Shown: positions 49,601-57,637, numbered from the stretch's first letter. The stretch is DNA of 64,000 bases from an uncultured virus (IMG/VR IMGVR_UViG_3300032327_000778) (IMGVR_UViG_3300032327_000778), one strand, 5' to 3'. Notes: generated from the sequence alone by a model not told the origin. Translations and numbers: made by a program.

Positions 49601-50365
49601 AGTGCTAGTTTAACTATTGTTACCACTTGGGATTATGTTAGTGAAGGTCAAGAAATTCTAACACTTACCCTAAATCCTACTTACGGTACAGGCAGTGCAA
49701 TTGCTGTTGCAATTAATAACAAATTACATCCTACCTATGCTTTATCTGTTACTCCTGCTGTTACAACAGAAGGAGGTAATTTTACAGTTACCTTAAATAC
49801 CACTGATGTACCAAATAATACCACAATACCATATACTATTACAGGTATAAGTAGTGCAGATATTACTGCTGCTAGTTTAACTGGTAATTTTACAATTGTT
49901 AGTAATACAGCTAGTGTAACATTTACTACTACCGCTGATTATTTAACCGAAGGCACTGAAACTTTTAGACTTACATTAGATACAATAGGTACATTTGTAG
50001 AAATAAATATTTTAGATTACTATAAAACTCGTACGTATGCTTTGAGCACTAGCGCAACTACTGTTACTGAAGGTGAAAGTTTTACTATTACCCTAAATAC
50101 TACAAATGTGTTTGATGCCACCACAGTACCCTATACAATTACTGGAGTTAGTACCGCAGATATTAATGGTGCTAGTTTAACTGGTAATTTTACTATTACT
50201 AGTGGTAGTAGTACTCAAACTTTTACTAGTACTATAGATGTTATTGTAGAAGGAACAGAAACATTTACCTTAACGCTAGGTAGTCCAGCAAGTGGATCAA
50301 TCAATGTTAGTATACGAGACCCAGTTGCTGGTAGTACTGGTAATTTTTTAAGTTTTTTTGAATAG
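43634..50365 (+). CDS. Giant beta-rich adhesin-like virion protein (2243 aa) with four C-terminal Ig/Calx-beta-like repeats
   Basis: T/G/N/S-rich beta-helix-like body; four V.EG...VPYTITG..S.DI..ASLTGNF...EG.E repeats. Confidence 0.75.
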   Translation: MANKTWLGNASTWATTTQWNPTGAVAAADNVFINGGTVTVAGQTCANLNIGGNCTIAGTSLIVTGNLYVASGSTLTFSGTSTLTVSGNLYVDGAIQQSSTTGSLVLGGAGNVEGRFGSSSNYVRVTIAKTAIANTVTFSTDLHCEYVNTTTAGFTFTSGTINQNGFTIYTRTLNNASATARNWAMSGNLYITLGTTGTSVSASQITCTYTDRGGAIRTSGVVSTQTMTFGSGAPSTCPRLFLDNDVTYVISGALWDFYPNGTHTGAATLVVFNELTDAASTNKTYTGMTLNRVASSAGTNLSTNCSARFGTVNFYGAWTSGTTYTSSATHNVDFCRANTITNIGIANCTWNFNNIEIGATFTINQLSTGTKSTVTVNKARPISGVTATTNTWGSSGTGTAGWDIFIEDWDVPGSISHGGGNLYIGYVSGANTYTTNFTHATTSRAQNFGTYWGQPTWIVSKSNQSGAPTNGAVNLNATNFTCNSTNGGWKLAGTGSNALGAMNNTTQQILVYVTGSNVTIGSGTIAYLGIEDGGAIIANSTLTINKGYIYRTGDNPGALTGLNLTLTTSDSYNYNFDKKIGTLTLATSNQTWALDNVVCTNLTLSGATGCTYNFGGGAVSGTTVCNVNATYNWNGGTLGTSTVWTVGFFVINSTNFNAGVLTFNSGQLVLNSSLNTISFTSASGSTRFINWVQQSRIISSGTGQITINNQTNLTWGTIDNDPYWVGGFEHGGSGQATGLAWTATVPSFRFNTWHTGSGTYSAWYTQTFRALAYSTCTGASSVFIAGDFYAENGVISLNGIALTQIFSSGTIIMDGDPINIASYTHAINDAGQQYLTRLIANSITLTGQRVTYNFGDLANDYYNYVKITTTGTLTLNGKDATYNLYRVRSYHTTIVAAVSTSDTMYVYVYDYQHNLYGSTDGGWTGVTNGIFTITNGQVTVMSNYTLQTYSFQNGDNARPNRALSFGDNAYLQTNGAGFITTIYSSVCTYYCPYDNSGFIHNSTGSITTPGVNPLGQDNCINLTIQKAATISTSFTCRNFTIVDGGGFNSATVYVLKNWTGYTTNTVSGLTVQHILYSGDITYTGNPVGQYTHAVNDTTLNVYNLPAINVTLSGRRCTYNLGSLTNPDNFLFITTTGTLIISGESSTYNLYKVRTYNTTMQGGVSTSDLIYVNCYDYSHNFYNNLNPTAYDKTEPTAGTFTITNGQLTVKSGYTLVTHSFVNADNARTNRACNFENNAYIKTLNTGTLNVFYAPNLISVSCPYDNCGFYHDSTGGVNITGTPTLSDPNSAYNLKFVRSFAMTGISYIRHFSNQADNDGQGAGTIASFGGSGTINVMGNVDITGNIFDGNIGAKTTWQSLNFTYPCTSGATQTLRTYRDIIDIGGDPINRINILTLLSTFTGTVKLVADGFKCASAVIDGGTLDLNGRQLYALTSVSSTNGTANKTITTTATNYTIPGIYINATTGTPWSFAYSNLLYSDWRVWVYVRGGTVSHGATARQSQFQPSFDLTERVSAYALSPTTAFQVGSFKINNYTVPTNSVWSVGGPEFTFYTGAQAAPANFTVNIIDGGNSKTTTQLYVDNNTFAWPQFNISTNSTITCPNFKFKNINIDAGTTTASGQFVEVAGVLGASGWGSGTLDIGGSTWAFRGSGTVINYGFISVGFYTINTGKTGVLQFDGLNNTNLGDQYAGFAAAYDLNIVNNISYNTGTSVGTLFLESGYSQDTSKALLNNLTFGYNTASMTFRSDKPPGGAGFPLKGSGFNLGKTATKYLTSVGGNWGNKGLYNVEATSVIDANYLDLTSCFPAGGGGWYAGPNSVDRGGNTGSNGWYFYSPATFSLSRSASAVNEGNSVTITLTTNAANGSVLPYTITGITSADIGGASLTGNFTVSSGTAAVVLNIANDYTTEGSETLTLSLNNGSASIAVAINDTSLTPTYSLSRSIAAVTEGDSFTISLSTTNLPNGALVPYTITGVDSSDINGASLTGNFTISGSSASLTIVTTWDYVSEGQEILTLTLNPTYGTGSAIAVAINNKLHPTYALSVTPAVTTEGGNFTVTLNTTDVPNNTTIPYTITGISSADITAASLTGNFTIVSNTASVTFTTTADYLTEGTETFRLTLDTIGTFVEINILDYYKTRTYALSTSATTVTEGESFTITLNTTNVFDATTVPYTITGVSTADINGASLTGNFTITSGSSTQTFTSTIDVIVEGTETFTLTLGSPASGSINVSIRDPVAGSTGNFLSFFE

Positions 50366-50373
50366 GATTAATA

Positions 50374-50736
50374 ATGATTAATGATGTAAAAGTAATTGTT
50401 GGTATTGTAATTATTGCTGTGCTATCTTTATTAGGGTATCATAGCTATAATGTGGTGCTAGAGCGTGGTAAACAAGAAGCACGACTAGAGTGCCAACAAG
50501 AAAAACAAAAGTATGAACTGGAAGTAAAACAAAAAATTCAAGACTTAGAAATAGCACTAGAACAAACAGCTATGGAAGGTGAGCGTAAAAAGCAACAACT
50601 AGGTAAAACTATCAAGGAAATTAAATCTAAGCTTAAACAACAACCAATTACTATTATCGAAAACGGTAAGTGTATCCCAGCTGTAATTTTTTTAGATAGT
50701 ATTAACGAAGCAATTTCTAAAGCCAATTCAAAATGA
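50374..50736 (+). CDS. Probable i-spanin
   Basis: N-terminal TM + coiled coil with Cys; precedes a lipoprotein. Confidence 0.65.
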   Translation: MINDVKVIVGIVIIAVLSLLGYHSYNVVLERGKQEARLECQQEKQKYELEVKQKIQDLEIALEQTAMEGERKKQQLGKTIKEIKSKLKQQPITIIENGKCIPAVIFLDSINEAISKANSK

Positions 50737-51023
50737 AAAAACTAGTAATAAGCCTTGGTTTATTACTCATATTGCTAAACGGATGTGGAATTTTCCAGAA
50801 AAAAATTCAGGAAATTCCACCTCCGGCAACCACTGGCAATAGGATAGTAGTAGAACCTAAACTGCTGCAAGCTTGTGAACTACTGCCACCACTGGTAGGC
50901 AACACATACGAACAAGTTGCAGATCATTATTTAACTGTCATTAACCTATATGGTCAATGTGCCCTTAAACAACTAGATAGTATTGCTACTATACGCAAAC
51001 TATCTAACCTGGATAAACCATGA
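50733..51023 (+). CDS. Probable o-spanin lipoprotein
   Basis: Signal peptide with lipobox LNGC; Pro-rich; C...P and Y..C motifs. Confidence 0.7.
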   Translation: MKKLVISLGLLLILLNGCGIFQKKIQEIPPPATTGNRIVVEPKLLQACELLPPLVGNTYEQVADHYLTVINLYGQCALKQLDSIATIRKLSNLDKP

Positions 51024-51439
51024 AAGAACATTTACGCTTCCGCAATATTTTTATGATTGGCGGTACCATTATTGTTATGCTGTACTTATTTATCAGCGAC
51101 CCTAATGGTGGTAATATGACAATCCCATTTTTAGCCAAATTAGCTACGCCTATTGTAGCTGTATGGTTTGCACACCTTGCACGTCGCGCCCTATTTGACT
51201 ATGCAGATATGGAAAGCCTGATGAAAAAGGCACGCGAAACCGCCACTGGCGCAGGTTTAACTTTTTTAGGACTTTGCCTAATTATCTACGGCCTACTATC
51301 ACTATTTGGCTCGCAGGTATACGCACAACCAGTAGCCAGCTATATTCCTGAACAAGCACATCAACATCTACCTATTCTGCAACAAGAAAAAAATAAACTT
51401 TGGGCCACACACCCAAAGTTGCATACCTTGGTAGTCTAA
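51020..51439 (+). CDS. Holin-like multi-TM domain, probably the N-terminal part of a holin-endolysin fusion
   Basis: Three TM segments, then VYAQP..YIP and the start of a soluble domain; frame break at 51412-51418. Confidence 0.65.
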   Translation: MKEHLRFRNIFMIGGTIIVMLYLFISDPNGGNMTIPFLAKLATPIVAVWFAHLARRALFDYADMESLMKKARETATGAGLTFLGLCLIIYGLLSLFGSQVYAQPVASYIPEQAHQHLPILQQEKNKLWATHPKLHTLVV

Positions 51440-51975
51440 TAGAGCTCGAGTCTTGCATACACTTAAAGCATCCACGATGTTGGAATCCTAAGTCTAGGCT
51501 TAAGAGTGCTAGAGAGGAAGGTGCAGGACTTGGACAAATTACCCGGGCTTTTAAACCAGATGGATCTATTAGGTTTGATGCTCTATCAGACTTAAAACAC
51601 AAGTATCCCAAAGAACTGTACGAGCTTAATTGGCAAGTAGTTTATGATAGACCAGACCTACAAATTCGTGCACTAGCATTAATGATGCGTGATAATTATC
51701 AAGCATTTGATAAATATGTGCCCGACAAGCGTGAAGCATATGCATTTGCAGATGCCGCCTATAATGGCGGCTTAGGTGGTGTTAATCACGAGCGTAGAGC
51801 TTGTAAATTAGCAAGTTGGTGTGACCCTAACCGTTGGTTTGATAATGTGGAGAAACTTTGTTTAAAATCTAAAGCAGCATTATATGGTAATCGTAGTGCT
51901 TGTGATATTAATCGTGAACATGTGGAGGGTGTATTAAATACAAGAAGTACAAAATACGAAAAGTATTTAAATTGA
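51412..51975 (+). CDS. Lytic transglycosylase (SLT) endolysin domain, in the -1 frame of the preceding ORF
   Basis: IELES catalytic Glu, GAGLGQIT, AAYNGGLG; no convincing independent start or SD. Confidence 0.8.
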   Translation, partial: PKVAYLGSLIELESCIHLKHPRCWNPKSRLKSAREEGAGLGQITRAFKPDGSIRFDALSDLKHKYPKELYELNWQVVYDRPDLQIRALALMMRDNYQAFDKYVPDKREAYAFADAAYNGGLGGVNHERRACKLASWCDPNRWFDNVEKLCLKSKAALYGNRSACDINREHVEGVLNTRSTKYEKYLN

Positions 51976-51995
51976 AACAACACACAGGAATCTCT

Positions 51996-52694
51996 ATGAA
52001 ACCTTCTTCTGGTAAAGCTTCACGCGAAGATAAATCTGAAAAATCTGAAAAATCTGAAAAATCTGGTAAAACCACTTTTACTGAGGTTAAACCACTTAAT
52101 TATATTCAAGGTATTTATCTTGAAGCAATACACAACAGCGACGTAGTTTTTGGAATTGGCAGTGCAGGAACAGGAAAAACATACGTTGCCGCTAGTTATG
52201 CTGCTTGCGAATTATTCTATAAACGCATTGATAAAATTGTTCTTACTAGACCCAACGTAGAGACCGGCCGCGGTATGGGGTTTTTACCTGGTGCTATTGA
52301 TGAAAAATATGCTCCCTATTTAGCTCCATTTGACAGTGTATTTAATCGCACACTAGGCCATGGTTTTTATCAATATGCACTAAAAAATAAGAATATCGAT
52401 CCTAAACCAATAGGTTTTATGCGTGGTAGTAGCTTTGACGATACTGTAATTTTAGTAGACGAAGCACAAAATTTGACTAAAATAGAGTTAAAAATGCTGC
52501 TAAGCCGTATAGGTAAAAACTGCAAAGTTATCCTAAGCGGTGACCCTAAACAAGTAGATATTATAGACAGCGGATTAGAAGATGCAGTCAACCGACTAGA
52601 AGGTTTAAAAAATATTGAAGTAGTTAGATTTTTAGACGAAGATATTGTACGCAGCCAAATGTGCAAACAAATTATTTTAGCCTATAATAATTAA
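51996..52694 (+). CDS. phoH: PhoH-like ATPase
   Basis: GSAGTGKT, LTRP, GFLPG, FMRG, DEAQN, GDPKQ.D; AGGAA SD. Confidence 0.93.
   Translation: MKPSSGKASREDKSEKSEKSEKSGKTTFTEVKPLNYIQGIYLEAIHNSDVVFGIGSAGTGKTYVAASYAACELFYKRIDKIVLTRPNVETGRGMGFLPGAIDEKYAPYLAPFDSVFNRTLGHGFYQYALKNKNIDPKPIGFMRGSSFDDTVILVDEAQNLTKIELKMLLSRIGKNCKVILSGDPKQVDIIDSGLEDAVNRLEGLKNIEVVRFLDEDIVRSQMCKQIILAYNN
52032..52065 (+). repeat. 9-bp in-frame tandem repeat (AAATCTGAA)x3.8
   Basis: Encodes KSEKSEKSEKSG in the PhoH N-terminus. Confidence 0.9.
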
Positions 52695-52731
52695 AAAAAG
52701 CCCCTTAGTATTGCTACTAAGGGGCTTTTTT
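52693..52731. terminator. Bidirectional terminator between convergent late and replication blocks
   Basis: A7-GCCCCTTAGTA-TTGC-TACTAAGGGGC-T6. Confidence 0.9.
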
Positions 52732-52732
52732 A

Positions 52733-53314
52733 TTATTCATCTAATTCCATAAACACGTCTACTAGAATATCTCTGTATGGTTGTTCAACCATGTGCAAAT
52801 CTAGCAGATAAGTATCTAGGTGACAGTTGCGTAATAGCTGAGCGTGATACATAAACTGACCAAATGCTTCTAAACTTTCACTAATATTTTGATTAGCGTA
52901 ATCTTCTAGGTATTGAGCCATTGCATTAAGCATATAATCAGGCATTTCAGATTTTGTAGTAATTTTGACTAGCTTAATAGCCTTGCCTTCGCGATCTTGC
53001 ATAATTTGATTGCGTTTTTGCTCAGACCAAGTATAACCACCATCACCACCCCACAAATCCCAAGCTACCCTACCTTTACTTGGAAAGCCTTCTTCGCCAC
53101 TATTAAAGCCAGTTGCACGTTTATCTACTTCGTGTCGGCTAAAAAAGCTAAACATTCTAAGTACTACACTAGCACTTAATGGTTCACGATTTTTAAGTTG
53201 ATTAGCACGAGCTAAACCTACTAGTGTACCGCCAGGTTCGCCATCTTCATGCCATTTTAGTGCTCTGCGTGCTGCACTTGCCATTCCCTCTGTAGGGGTA
53301 TAAGTTTCTGCCAT
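52733..53314 (-). CDS. Conserved phage protein of unknown function
   Basis: GT.VG.ARA.QL, RM.SFFSRHEVDK, PS.GR.AW.LWGGD.G domain; AGGAG SD. Confidence 0.8.
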   Translation of the reverse strand: MAETYTPTEGMASAARRALKWHEDGEPGGTLVGLARANQLKNREPLSASVVLRMFSFFSRHEVDKRATGFNSGEEGFPSKGRVAWDLWGGDGGYTWSEQKRNQIMQDREGKAIKLVKITTKSEMPDYMLNAMAQYLEDYANQNISESLEAFGQFMYHAQLLRNCHLDTYLLDLHMVEQPYRDILVDVFMELDE

Positions 53315-53329
53315 AATAACTCCTATGGA

Positions 53330-53530
53330 TTATCCGCCGCTCATGCGCTCTTCTACTGCAATACCCTCATCAATGCTGTGATGAATTGTACGGCCTTCTA
53401 GTTGTGATAACGCTTGCTTTCGCAATTTTTCGCTAAGTGGATTGCAAATTTTTCCAGGAAGCTCTTGTAATGCTACTAAAATTACATTAGCTTCTTCTTT
53501 AGTAATTGTAAAAGTAAATTCTTGTGACAT
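53330..53530 (-). CDS. Hypothetical protein (66 aa)
   Basis: MSQEFTFTITKEEANVIL.ALQELP; ATG just after nrdJ stop. Confidence 0.7.
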   Translation of the reverse strand: MSQEFTFTITKEEANVILVALQELPGKICNPLSEKLRKQALSQLEGRTIHHSIDEGIAVEERMSGG

Positions 53531-53534
53531 ATTA

Positions 53535-55499
53535 TTACCTAATTGGGCAAGCGCCAGTGGAACAGTCTTCGCCAACAATTTCATCAAAGCTGTTAGCATC
53601 GTCTAGAATAACTGAACCTAGTTGAGCTGCATAATCTTTATAAGTGCGCTCGTCTACAACTTCTTGTGGCAAGTAGAGATAACCTAAATCTTTAGCTGTT
53701 TTTGTAGGATCAGTACGATAAATAAAACTTACGCCTACATAACAGTCCCAATTATCAAGCAACCAAGTAATAATATCACTAATCTCACTAGGGTCATAGC
53801 TAATGGTTACACTAGTATTTTGCTGATTCCAGCTAGTTTGTAGCAACTTGTATCGGTCTAGTTGTACAACGGCACTTTCTAGATTAACTTCTTTGCCTTC
53901 AACTTTATCAAATACTACGCCATCCCAACAGACTGGAAAAGTTACTAACACACCACTATCATCTACTGGATGATTAATTACCTTGTAATTTGCTTCACGA
54001 AGTTTTTCTACAACTGGATCGTGCTTTGAAAACTGTACATTGTTAAAAATGTACTTACCTAGTGGTTTATGAACGCCTTCAGTAGTGTCCATAATCTTGC
54101 TTAAAGTACCTGAGGGCTTAACACACGTTACATTTTTAGGGCTAGGTAGTCCAAGTTCCTGAGCCATTCCAACTGCAGCACTAGTTGCTGTACGCTTTAA
54201 ATATTCGTAGTCATAACTACCCATATCTGGACGCATTGCAATACCAGTTAAACCTACGCCGCATAAACGCAAGAAATAATTATTAAGATGCCAACTTTCT
54301 TGCAGAATACCATCTTGTAAGTCAACACAAGTTTGACGATAATTAGCACGAGCAGCTAGGCGAATAGCAGCGTGTAGTCCGGCATTATCACCTTTAAACT
54401 TAGCTAAATCAGTTTCTGTTAGATTACAAAAACTCTTGTTTCCTAAGAGGATTTCTACACAAGGATTTGCACCTTTAAACCAAGGTGCACGACGCAGCGC
54501 TTCTACTTCATTGATAAAACCTGGCTCCGAACCGCCTGCTTCTTGCATAAGATGAAAAATCTTTTCTAAATCTTCGCGCAGTGGCTTTTCCTTGAATACT
54601 AAGCTATTATTACTTTGCGTACGGTGTTCGTTATTATGCAACCACCAATCTTTTTTAGCTACTGCAAATTCTTCCCACTCAGGCTGACCATAGTCAAAAA
54701 GAGCGATTTCAGCACTTCTGCGACTGCTAAGGATAGTACCCAGATGATTAACAATGTCCAGAATATCCATCCTAGTAAGTAGACTATCAGCCCTACCATT
54801 AAGAATATTGGCAATAGCAAGATATGCAGTACTAATGGCAGTATCGCCTGAAGAAATCCAACCATAACCTTTTAACCTTTCACCTGCGGGACGTAGTTGG
54901 CTAAAATCCAGAACCAGAGTATCAGCGGGATACTTACCAGCCATAAGTTTGCCAATAGATTTAGCCCAAGCTTCCGCGCTGTCACCAATTTGTAATGTCC
55001 AAGTTTTAGTTTCTGCATCCCAAGTTTCTGTATTATACTCTAGTCCGCCTTTGCTTGTGCGTACACTGCGAATTGTTTTGATATTCTTAATTGGTTTGGA
55101 GAATCCATTAAGAGTACCTACAATAGGTTTAAATCCTACACCACAACCTTGCAAAAGTAGCCATAGTACATCAACTACATCATAGACAGTTTCTACATGA
55201 GTAAAACTGCAATTAAATTGACTAGCTTCACGTGTTTTAGCTACTTGAGTACCGCCTAGCCAAAGTGTACGACCGCTCATTAAAACTTTACGATCAAGCA
55301 TTAACTGCTCTAGATCATAAAGTTCTGCATATTCGTGGTCATTGAGTTCACGGCCAAGAGCACGTTCCCACAACCATGCTTGATGGTCGATTACTCTAGC
55401 AACTGTTTCTTGCCAAGTTTCAAATTGTTTTCCGTCGTCTGAAGTTGGACGATTATATGTACGACGTGTAATTACCTGTGCTCTTGTTGAAACTGTCAT
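53535..55499 (-). CDS. nrdJ: Class II (B12-dependent) ribonucleotide reductase
   Basis: RRTY.R, FNCS, RRSAEI, NPCVE, TCVKPSGT, C-terminal C..GACPIR. Confidence 0.92.
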   Translation of the reverse strand: MTVSTRAQVITRRTYNRPTSDDGKQFETWQETVARVIDHQAWLWERALGRELNDHEYAELYDLEQLMLDRKVLMSGRTLWLGGTQVAKTREASQFNCSFTHVETVYDVVDVLWLLLQGCGVGFKPIVGTLNGFSKPIKNIKTIRSVRTSKGGLEYNTETWDAETKTWTLQIGDSAEAWAKSIGKLMAGKYPADTLVLDFSQLRPAGERLKGYGWISSGDTAISTAYLAIANILNGRADSLLTRMDILDIVNHLGTILSSRRSAEIALFDYGQPEWEEFAVAKKDWWLHNNEHRTQSNNSLVFKEKPLREDLEKIFHLMQEAGGSEPGFINEVEALRRAPWFKGANPCVEILLGNKSFCNLTETDLAKFKGDNAGLHAAIRLAARANYRQTCVDLQDGILQESWHLNNYFLRLCGVGLTGIAMRPDMGSYDYEYLKRTATSAAVGMAQELGLPSPKNVTCVKPSGTLSKIMDTTEGVHKPLGKYIFNNVQFSKHDPVVEKLREANYKVINHPVDDSGVLVTFPVCWDGVVFDKVEGKEVNLESAVVQLDRYKLLQTSWNQQNTSVTISYDPSEISDIITWLLDNWDCYVGVSFIYRTDPTKTAKDLGYLYLPQEVVDERTYKDYAAQLGSVILDDANSFDEIVGEDCSTGACPIR

Positions 55500-55507
55500 A
55501 TTATTCC

Positions 55508-56005
55508 TTATGCTCCTGTACTGCCAAATCCGCCAGTACCACGTTGTGTATCATTCCACACATCTACAAATTCTGCCAGTACCACAGGCATAATTACTAG
55601 TTGTGCAACTCGGGTTACTCCCGCCTCAATCCTATATGGTTCAGCTCCTATATTTTTTAGGATAACCATAATATTTCCACGATAATCGCTGTCAATTACT
55701 CCAACACTATGCGGAATAGTAATGCCTAATTTACCTTGTGAACTACGATTAAAAACAAATCCAGCATAGCCTTCTGGAATTTTAACAGCCACGCCACAAT
55801 CTATTAGTGCTTGTTCGCCAGGAGAAATACTAGTAGTAATTGTGCTAAATAAATCTGCTCCAGCATCTGTGCGATGTTGGCGTTTTGGTAAAAATTTATG
55901 GTCGTTGACTAGACTAGGAATTTTAACAGTATGAGTAACAAAACTGTTTCCAGCACTGCCCATATGAGTATAAAGTGTGCCAGAAGGCGTAAGAGTAGGT
56001 ATCAT
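55508..56005 (-). CDS. dut: Trimeric dUTPase
   Basis: AGADL, RSS, GVIDSDYRG, AQL, RGTGGFGSTG. Confidence 0.95.
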   Translation of the reverse strand: MIPTLTPSGTLYTHMGSAGNSFVTHTVKIPSLVNDHKFLPKRQHRTDAGADLFSTITTSISPGEQALIDCGVAVKIPEGYAGFVFNRSSQGKLGITIPHSVGVIDSDYRGNIMVILKNIGAEPYRIEAGVTRVAQLVIMPVVLAEFVDVWNDTQRGTGGFGSTGA

Positions 56006-56850
56006 AATTTTATATATTTGTTTAAGATTGTGTCAATTTGTTTAGTATTATCACCAAGTGCATCCCTGCAAAAGGTGACTAAATCCATAAGTTGGTAGTT
56101 GAGTAAAATTCTATCTCTACTTTGGTTTAGTGTTTTAATATACTTTAGTTTACTTTCAATAGGTAGTTCTGCCACTATGTCTATTGCAGTGCCGTATTCC
56201 TCAACTAATTGTTGTGCGCGTTTAGGGCCAATACCTTCTACGCCCAACACATTATCACCAGCATCACCCATTAAACATTTTATACTAATATAATCTTCGT
56301 GTGAAAAAGTATAGTGTGTGTGCCAATTATTGGCAGTAACTTCTTTGCGAGTTACATAACTAAATCTACTGGTATTGTCATCAATAAGTAAATCCCAGTC
56401 TTTATCGCTACTAATTAACCAGATATGATCAACAGCAGGTAGCAAATTACGAATACTAGTAATATATGCAGCAATATCATCTGCCTCAGTTTGTTTAAAT
56501 TGAATTACAGGGTAATCTGTAGTTTCACGAATGTGATCTAAACTAGCCTGATAATCTTCAAAAAACAATTCAAAAGCTGCTTTTTCTGCTTCAGTTTGTT
56601 CAGCAAATTTATCTTTGCGATTTTGCTTGTATTCAGGATAAATTTCTTTGCGATAACTACTGGAGCCTTGATCTGCCGCAATAACAACCCAGCGAGCTTT
56701 ATAACTTTTTTTAAGACTTTCTATTGTGCGCTTATAATCTTCTGCAAAATCTGTAGCGCCACTATGTTTCCAGCGAAATGCTAGATTAAGCGCATCTACT
56801 ACCATTAAGCAGTTTTCTTGTTCTGAGACTTGTTGAAATGTTTTACTCAT
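56002..56850 (-). CDS. D15: Flap endonuclease / 5'-3' exonuclease (T5 D15-like)
   Basis: VDALNLAFR, YKQNR, EADD, SSDKD, GD.GDN..GV.GIGPKRA. Confidence 0.93.
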   Translation of the reverse strand: MSKTFQQVSEQENCLMVVDALNLAFRWKHSGATDFAEDYKRTIESLKKSYKARWVVIAADQGSSSYRKEIYPEYKQNRKDKFAEQTEAEKAAFELFFEDYQASLDHIRETTDYPVIQFKQTEADDIAAYITSIRNLLPAVDHIWLISSDKDWDLLIDDNTSRFSYVTRKEVTANNWHTHYTFSHEDYISIKCLMGDAGDNVLGVEGIGPKRAQQLVEEYGTAIDIVAELPIESKLKYIKTLNQSRDRILLNYQLMDLVTFCRDALGDNTKQIDTILNKYIKL

Positions 56851-56851
56851 A

Positions 56852-57148
56852 TTACCCTGTAGTTATTAACCTTATAAAGCCAAATGCGTCAATGGAGACA
56901 AGCAGGAGGTAGTTAGCCAGCATACCAAATGAGCGCCTAGACCAAGCACACCAGGCATAAATAGTACAACCAGTAATCCAAGCGGGATAAAGAGCCATAA
57001 GTGGAGGGTTTGGTACTGTTCCAGCCATGATAGCAGCACACCCAATACTAAGAGTCCAAGCAACCAGCTCCATAATAAACCGATAACGATTGGATTTAAA
57101 ATCATGATATATCCAGTCTAAGGTTGGCTTTATTAAAATATTTTTCAT
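56852..57148 (-). CDS. Small membrane protein
   Basis: About three hydrophobic segments; promoter TTGACT-N17-TATAAT at 57154-57182 directly upstream. Confidence 0.7.
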   Translation of the reverse strand: MKNILIKPTLDWIYHDFKSNRYRFIMELVAWTLSIGCAAIMAGTVPNPPLMALYPAWITGCTIYAWCAWSRRSFGMLANYLLLVSIDAFGFIRLITTG

Positions 57149-57178
57149 CTAGTATTATACTAAAATTTTAGTGGTTAG

Positions 57179-57637
57179 TCAAGTGACAAATTCTGGTCGC
57201 TCATATGTCAACCAATCTTCAAGTAGCGAAACATAAAAACTATAAGGATCTCTTGATATATAGAAGTGATTATAAGTTTCTGGTATGCAATAATCACTGC
57301 TAAACGCTACAAATATTTTACTACGATCATGCTTAAAAATCAGTAGTGGTAGTTTATTTACTTGTTTTGCTTGACGTAAAGTTTGTTGCCAAAATTCTAG
57401 TAGTTGTGGTGACTTAGATGTTAATACAGCGCTAGTTAAATGATCATCTGCGTATCCCTTGGCCTCAACACAAAATATGTTGTTACAGTTAGGAATGTAA
57501 AGATCACCCTTTAATCCATGTTTTTCATCTAGTGCACCCGAACCAGGAACCCTCTCCCATCCCAAACGGGTATATTTTCTGAGAAGATCCCTGATTACTA
57601 ATTCAGTTCTAGCGCCTTTAGCCCTAGAGTCTACCAT
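57179..57637 (-). CDS. D14: PD-(D/E)XK nuclease / Holliday junction resolvase-like (T5 D14-like)
   Basis: DSRAKGARTE, RVPGSGA, KGD, CVEAK. Confidence 0.85.
   Translation of the reverse strand: MVDSRAKGARTELVIRDLLRKYTRLGWERVPGSGALDEKHGLKGDLYIPNCNNIFCVEAKGYADDHLTSAVLTSKSPQLLEFWQQTLRQAKQVNKLPLLIFKHDRSKIFVAFSSDYCIPETYNHFYISRDPYSFYVSLLEDWLTYERPEFVT

Noticed and set aside
18619..49626. Antisense shadow ORFs within tape measure, tip and fibre genes
   Set aside because: Explained by codon bias of the long plus-strand genes; no SD or domain features
46095..50320. Diversity-generating retroelement template/variable repeat pair
   Set aside because: Repeat differences are not adenine-specific, all copies are in-frame coding, and no reverse transcriptase is present
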